A DNA stretch of 63,502 nt, the filler included, from Pelomyxa schiedti (Eukaryota > Protista > Evosea): NCBI GenBank assembly GCA_020536535.1. It is 5 parts of 5 records of this genome, joined end to end, with 100 filler letters (N's around TTAATTAATTAA, not from the genome) between each part and the next. Parts side by side here need not be neighbours in the genome. Positions count along the whole stretch, not along the records: positions 60,340 to 62,206 come from JAHLWZ010002228.1; positions 62,307 to 63,502 come from JAHLWZ010002711.1; 3 more parts are not named here. The stretch is one strand, 5' to 3'. Positions 60,340 through 63,502 of the stretch are shown here, one piece after another. Each line of letters begins with the position of its first letter. Position 1 is the stretch's first letter. Below the pieces are notes generated by a model. The model was given only the letters and a program-made list of their open reading frames with translations, made no database searches and was not told the origin of the DNA. A program made the translations under genes and the position numbers.

Positions 60340-62076
60340 AGAAATGAAGCATAGGAGAGGAATCTTTTCCTTAAAGGCAGCAGTGTCATCGATGTACGTC
60401 CAAGTGCTCGTTGTACAAGGTGACAGGCATTCCGGTTTGAGTTCAAGTTGCTGTTGTGCCGGATGTTAAACATGGTGGAGTGAAGAACGAAAGAAGGAAC
60501 CTTGAGGATTCCAGGGATCGACCCAAACAGCTCAATGATCTTCGATTCGTCACCACTTTTCAATATTGCCGAGCACTTTGACTGGTATTTCTCAATGTGT
60601 TCAAGTCCGGCTGAAATAATTTCCAGTTGTCTTGACAATGCACAAACTGTGTGACATGAAAAGAATTACCAATTATGCACTCAAAAACCTTTGGAGGATG
60701 CAATTTCTATGGAGGTTGAAATTAATTTGTCTTGTCTCCTTTGCAATCTTGACATCACGTCTGAGAACTCTTTTTGAACGTTTTCCTCAAGTTTCTTCTG
60801 ATCCTATTTTAGATTTATTTTTATTTTTATTTAAAAGGCAAAGCACCTGAGTTATCTTGACAGTCTCAGATTTGATGGACACAGCCAACAAATTCAAATC
60901 AGTGGCCACTTTCGACAGTTGCCCGAAAAAGGCCTTCAGGCTTGGCTGATTTCCGAGAGTCATGTCTTGCACCGGAACGGCATCGTGTCCCTGTAGGTGT
61001 CAAACAAATAAATTGACTGTTTCAAGGCCGGCAACCTTGTGGGATGAATAGATAACGCATCTTGTGCAAATGAAAGTGTTGTCTGTCTGACAGAATACAT
61101 CAAGTGGAAGCTGGTGATTTTCACACATCTTCACGCCCGTTTTTAGGGTCACTTCGTTATAACTGAGGTGAGATATGTAAAATATTTTCCTGTATCACAT
61201 AAAACAGTATTTACAAATCGGACCAAATTAATCGCCAACAAAAGAGGAAGAATTACTGGATGCGAAATCAGTAGTTGCTGCCACTGCAGTAGACACAGGA
61301 CCGGACTTGACATGGGACATCATCCACGGTGACCAGTGGGCTCGAGACCAGCATGACTCACAAAACACCATCACAGTCTTGCCGGAAGGTGATGCCTTTG
61401 TGCACTCCTCGCACATGTACTTTGCTGCGACTCCTGTGTTCCCAGCTGCCTGGCACATCACGCACATCACAATGGCGGCAGCAGCGGCAGGAGCAGCAGA
61501 AGCACCCTTCCTCCTCCTCCTCTTTGGATTTGTTGGTGTTGGTGTAACAGTGTTGCTATCTGGTGACTCTTCTTCCCTTTCCCTTTCCACTCCCACTTCC
61601 ACTTCCTTCTTTCCAGATGTTTCGGCATCCGCAGGTATGGTACTTTGCTCCCATGATTGCAACTCGCGGGTGTGGTGTTGTTGTACCGTTGCCTCCCTCG
61701 TGCACCCGCACGCTGGGCACCAAAACTCGATCTTCTTCTTGTCGGCAGCAGCCGGTGATGAATCACAAGGAGGCCCGCCAGACGACGACGACGAGGCGCT
61801 GGGGAGATCCGCCGCGAAGGTCACGATGGCCTCGCCACACCCGCGGCACAGCGGGTGCCCGCACGACGCCACCAGCCACGACCGCGGGAGGGCCGGCGAG
61901 GGAGGAGGAGGAGGAGGAGGCGGCGGACGAGAGGAGGGCGGAGGGGAGGCGGCGCACGGGGTGTCAAGGGGAGGAGGAGCGGCAGGGAGGGTAGTGGTGA
62001 TACATAAGCACACGGAGCAACGAGGCCGGGGCGACGGCGTAATCACAGAGTGGGGCGTGCCGGCCGAAGTACGCAT
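60340..62076 (-). CDS. TRIM/RBCC-like protein: RING - B-box1 - B-box2 - coiled coil (3' end truncated)
   Basis: RING: CSVC..CGH.LCRGC..CPAC. B-box1: CVMC..CEEC..FCESC...H...SH. B-box2 in spliced exons: CENHQLPLDVFCQTDNTFICTRCVIYSSHK/GHD. Coiled coil: LEENVQKEFSDVMSRLQRRQDKLI. Confidence 0.8.
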
Positions 62077-62206
62077 GCACGAGATATGTGGCACACAACT
62101 CCCCCCCTTTGCTTTTGTTTTGTTGTTGTTGTTATTTGAACGGTTCGTGAGACGAATAAATAAAAGCCGGTGTGGTCACATCATCGTGGTCACAACATCT
62201 TCCGGT

Positions 62207-62306
62207 NNNNNNNNNNNNNNNNNNNNNNNNNNNNNNNNNNNNNNNNNNNNTTAATTAATTAANNNNNNNNNNNNNNNNNNNNNNNNNNNNNNNNNNNNNN
62301 NNNNNN
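62207..62306. other. Artificial contig-join spacer N44-TTAATTAATTAA-N44
   Basis: Linker at 62251-62262. Confidence 0.95.
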
Positions 62307-63502
62307 GATTTGTGTTGGTTGGATGAAAACAAGCAAAGACACATTCACACCAAACAGGCAGTAGGCGTGGGCAACAAGAGCAAGGGCAGAGTCAATTTTT
62401 CCGACTTGCAACTCCACAAGTGCTTCCGTCATCATCTCGTTTCGTGTGCAAGTCACACTCCTCATAAAACTGGCTTGCTGCTGAATTGCTGTTGTAGTTG
62501 GGCTCTTTTTCAAGAGCAACAAGGTGGCGTTGTGGATACCATCAGCATCATGTGAAATGTGCCTTGTCCAGAGTGCTGTCAAAACCAATTCAGGGAGTGT
62601 GTTTCTGTGTTTCTTGCTGATGATGGCTCTCGTGAATTCAACGTCTGTGGGTGTGAATGATGCCGTCTTGCCTCTCAGTGATGCTTTGACTGCCTGTTGA
62701 TGACGACTGTCAGTCATCTTATGCCGACTAGCATTGAGATAATGCAAAAGCAGCAAAGCAGGTGAAAAAAAGGGGTTAACATCAAGTGCTTTGTGGATGG
62801 TATCAACACAGTCTTCTGTGGGGGAACCACAAAGAATCTTACATGTTGCCTTGATTGTCAGTGTTCCTGAAAATGGGAGTTTGTGTCAGTGGAAAAGTAT
62901 GGCGTGTTTCTGTTACTGGGTACAACCTGCATCATTTGTAAGAGGCACAACACAAGAGTAAAACGAGAGGAGTTCAGAAGGGCTTGGTGAATCAATGTTC
63001 AACAGAACATTGAATGCATCCAAGAGTGGCATTCTCTTGTCAGGGTCACATTGCAACAATGAACGAACGAGGTCACAGAACTCCTGCGGGAACTGTGGTG
63101 GTTTCATGGGGAACAGCTCCTCACTCTCAAATGAGAAAGTGACCTTTCCACTTGGGCCATAACCACCAGGGTATCCTGGAAGTGGGTGCTTTCCACACAT
63201 GGCAAGTTCGAACAGGATGCACCCAAGTTCAAATGATGGTTGCTGTGTTTTGTTCATGTGAGAGACGAAGTTTCACATGATTAAATCAAAAATACCTTGT
63301 CACAACACAACGTTGAAGAGTGATCAGGGTTCTGCCTAGAAAGTGCAATTCCATTGATGATCTCAGGTGCTCTGTGACTTGAATTTCCTGTGGCTGAAAT
63401 GACAAATTGTGCTTCAGCCTCAAAATCCCCACTTGGAAACCTTGTTGCACACCCAAAGTCAATCAGAATTGCTTGTTCTTTGTTCTGTCAATTAAATTGT
63501 GT
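62307..63502 (-). CDS. Protein kinase (C-lobe) with helical/TPR-like C-terminal extension; partial at both ends
   Basis: ILIDFGCA, GNSSHRAPE, FELGCILFELAMCGKHP, DLVRSLLQCDPDKRM. Confidence 0.85.

Noticed and set aside
21209-62262. TTAATTAATTAA as a biological repeated motif
   Set aside because: It is always centred in N44..N44 and is a six-frame stop linker. Gene adjacency across these four points is not evidence of linkage.
1-63502. Transposons, tRNA or rRNA genes, telomeric repeats
   Set aside because: By eye I found no transposase/RT/integrase motifs, tRNA cloverleafs, rRNA segments or telomere arrays. tRNAscan-SE and Infernal would be needed to exclude them formally.

Overview
This is intron-rich eukaryotic genomic DNA with GT-AG introns often 38-70 nt long and the standard code. 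Gene content and the expanded orphan families suggest an amoebozoan, possibly an archamoeba such as Pelomyxa; this is inference, not a database result. The window is not one locus. Four artificial N44-TTAATTAATTAA-N44 linkers split it into five pieces (1-21164, 21265-29780, 29881-60239, 60340-62206, 62307-63502), and there are five further 100-N gaps. Housekeeping genes: C11orf68-like, PEX12, VAMP7, an Arf/Arl GTPase, ELF1, NUDT1/MTH1, dolichol kinase, Derlin, PSMB3, an OSBP-related protein, GILT (x2) and a U2 snRNA that the ORF track hides. Expanded families: ankyrin-like, Sel1-repeat (x3) and an RxQ..HxRCG orphan family (x3), with frameshifted copies and near-identical duplicated blocks. The most notable items are multidomain fusions rebuilt by hand across introns: (1) a ~7.4 kb gene with a degenerate DEAH helicase, RRM-like segments, RING, five IBR-like repeats, a PARP-like ADP-ribosyltransferase and tandem WWE domains, the second WWE being missed by the ORF track; (2) a CARP/C-CAP beta-helix fused to a class IV sirtuin; (3) a pseudo-Rho GTPase-Kelch-F-box protein; (4) a Roc-COR protein with a dead P-loop; (5) a RING-Bbox1-Bbox2-coiled-coil (TRIM-like) protein; (6) a half-fimbrin with Q-rich and Met/Gly/Pro-rich tails; (7) an intron-containing flavin-reductase/flavoredoxin-like gene. 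Exon boundaries are manual predictions.
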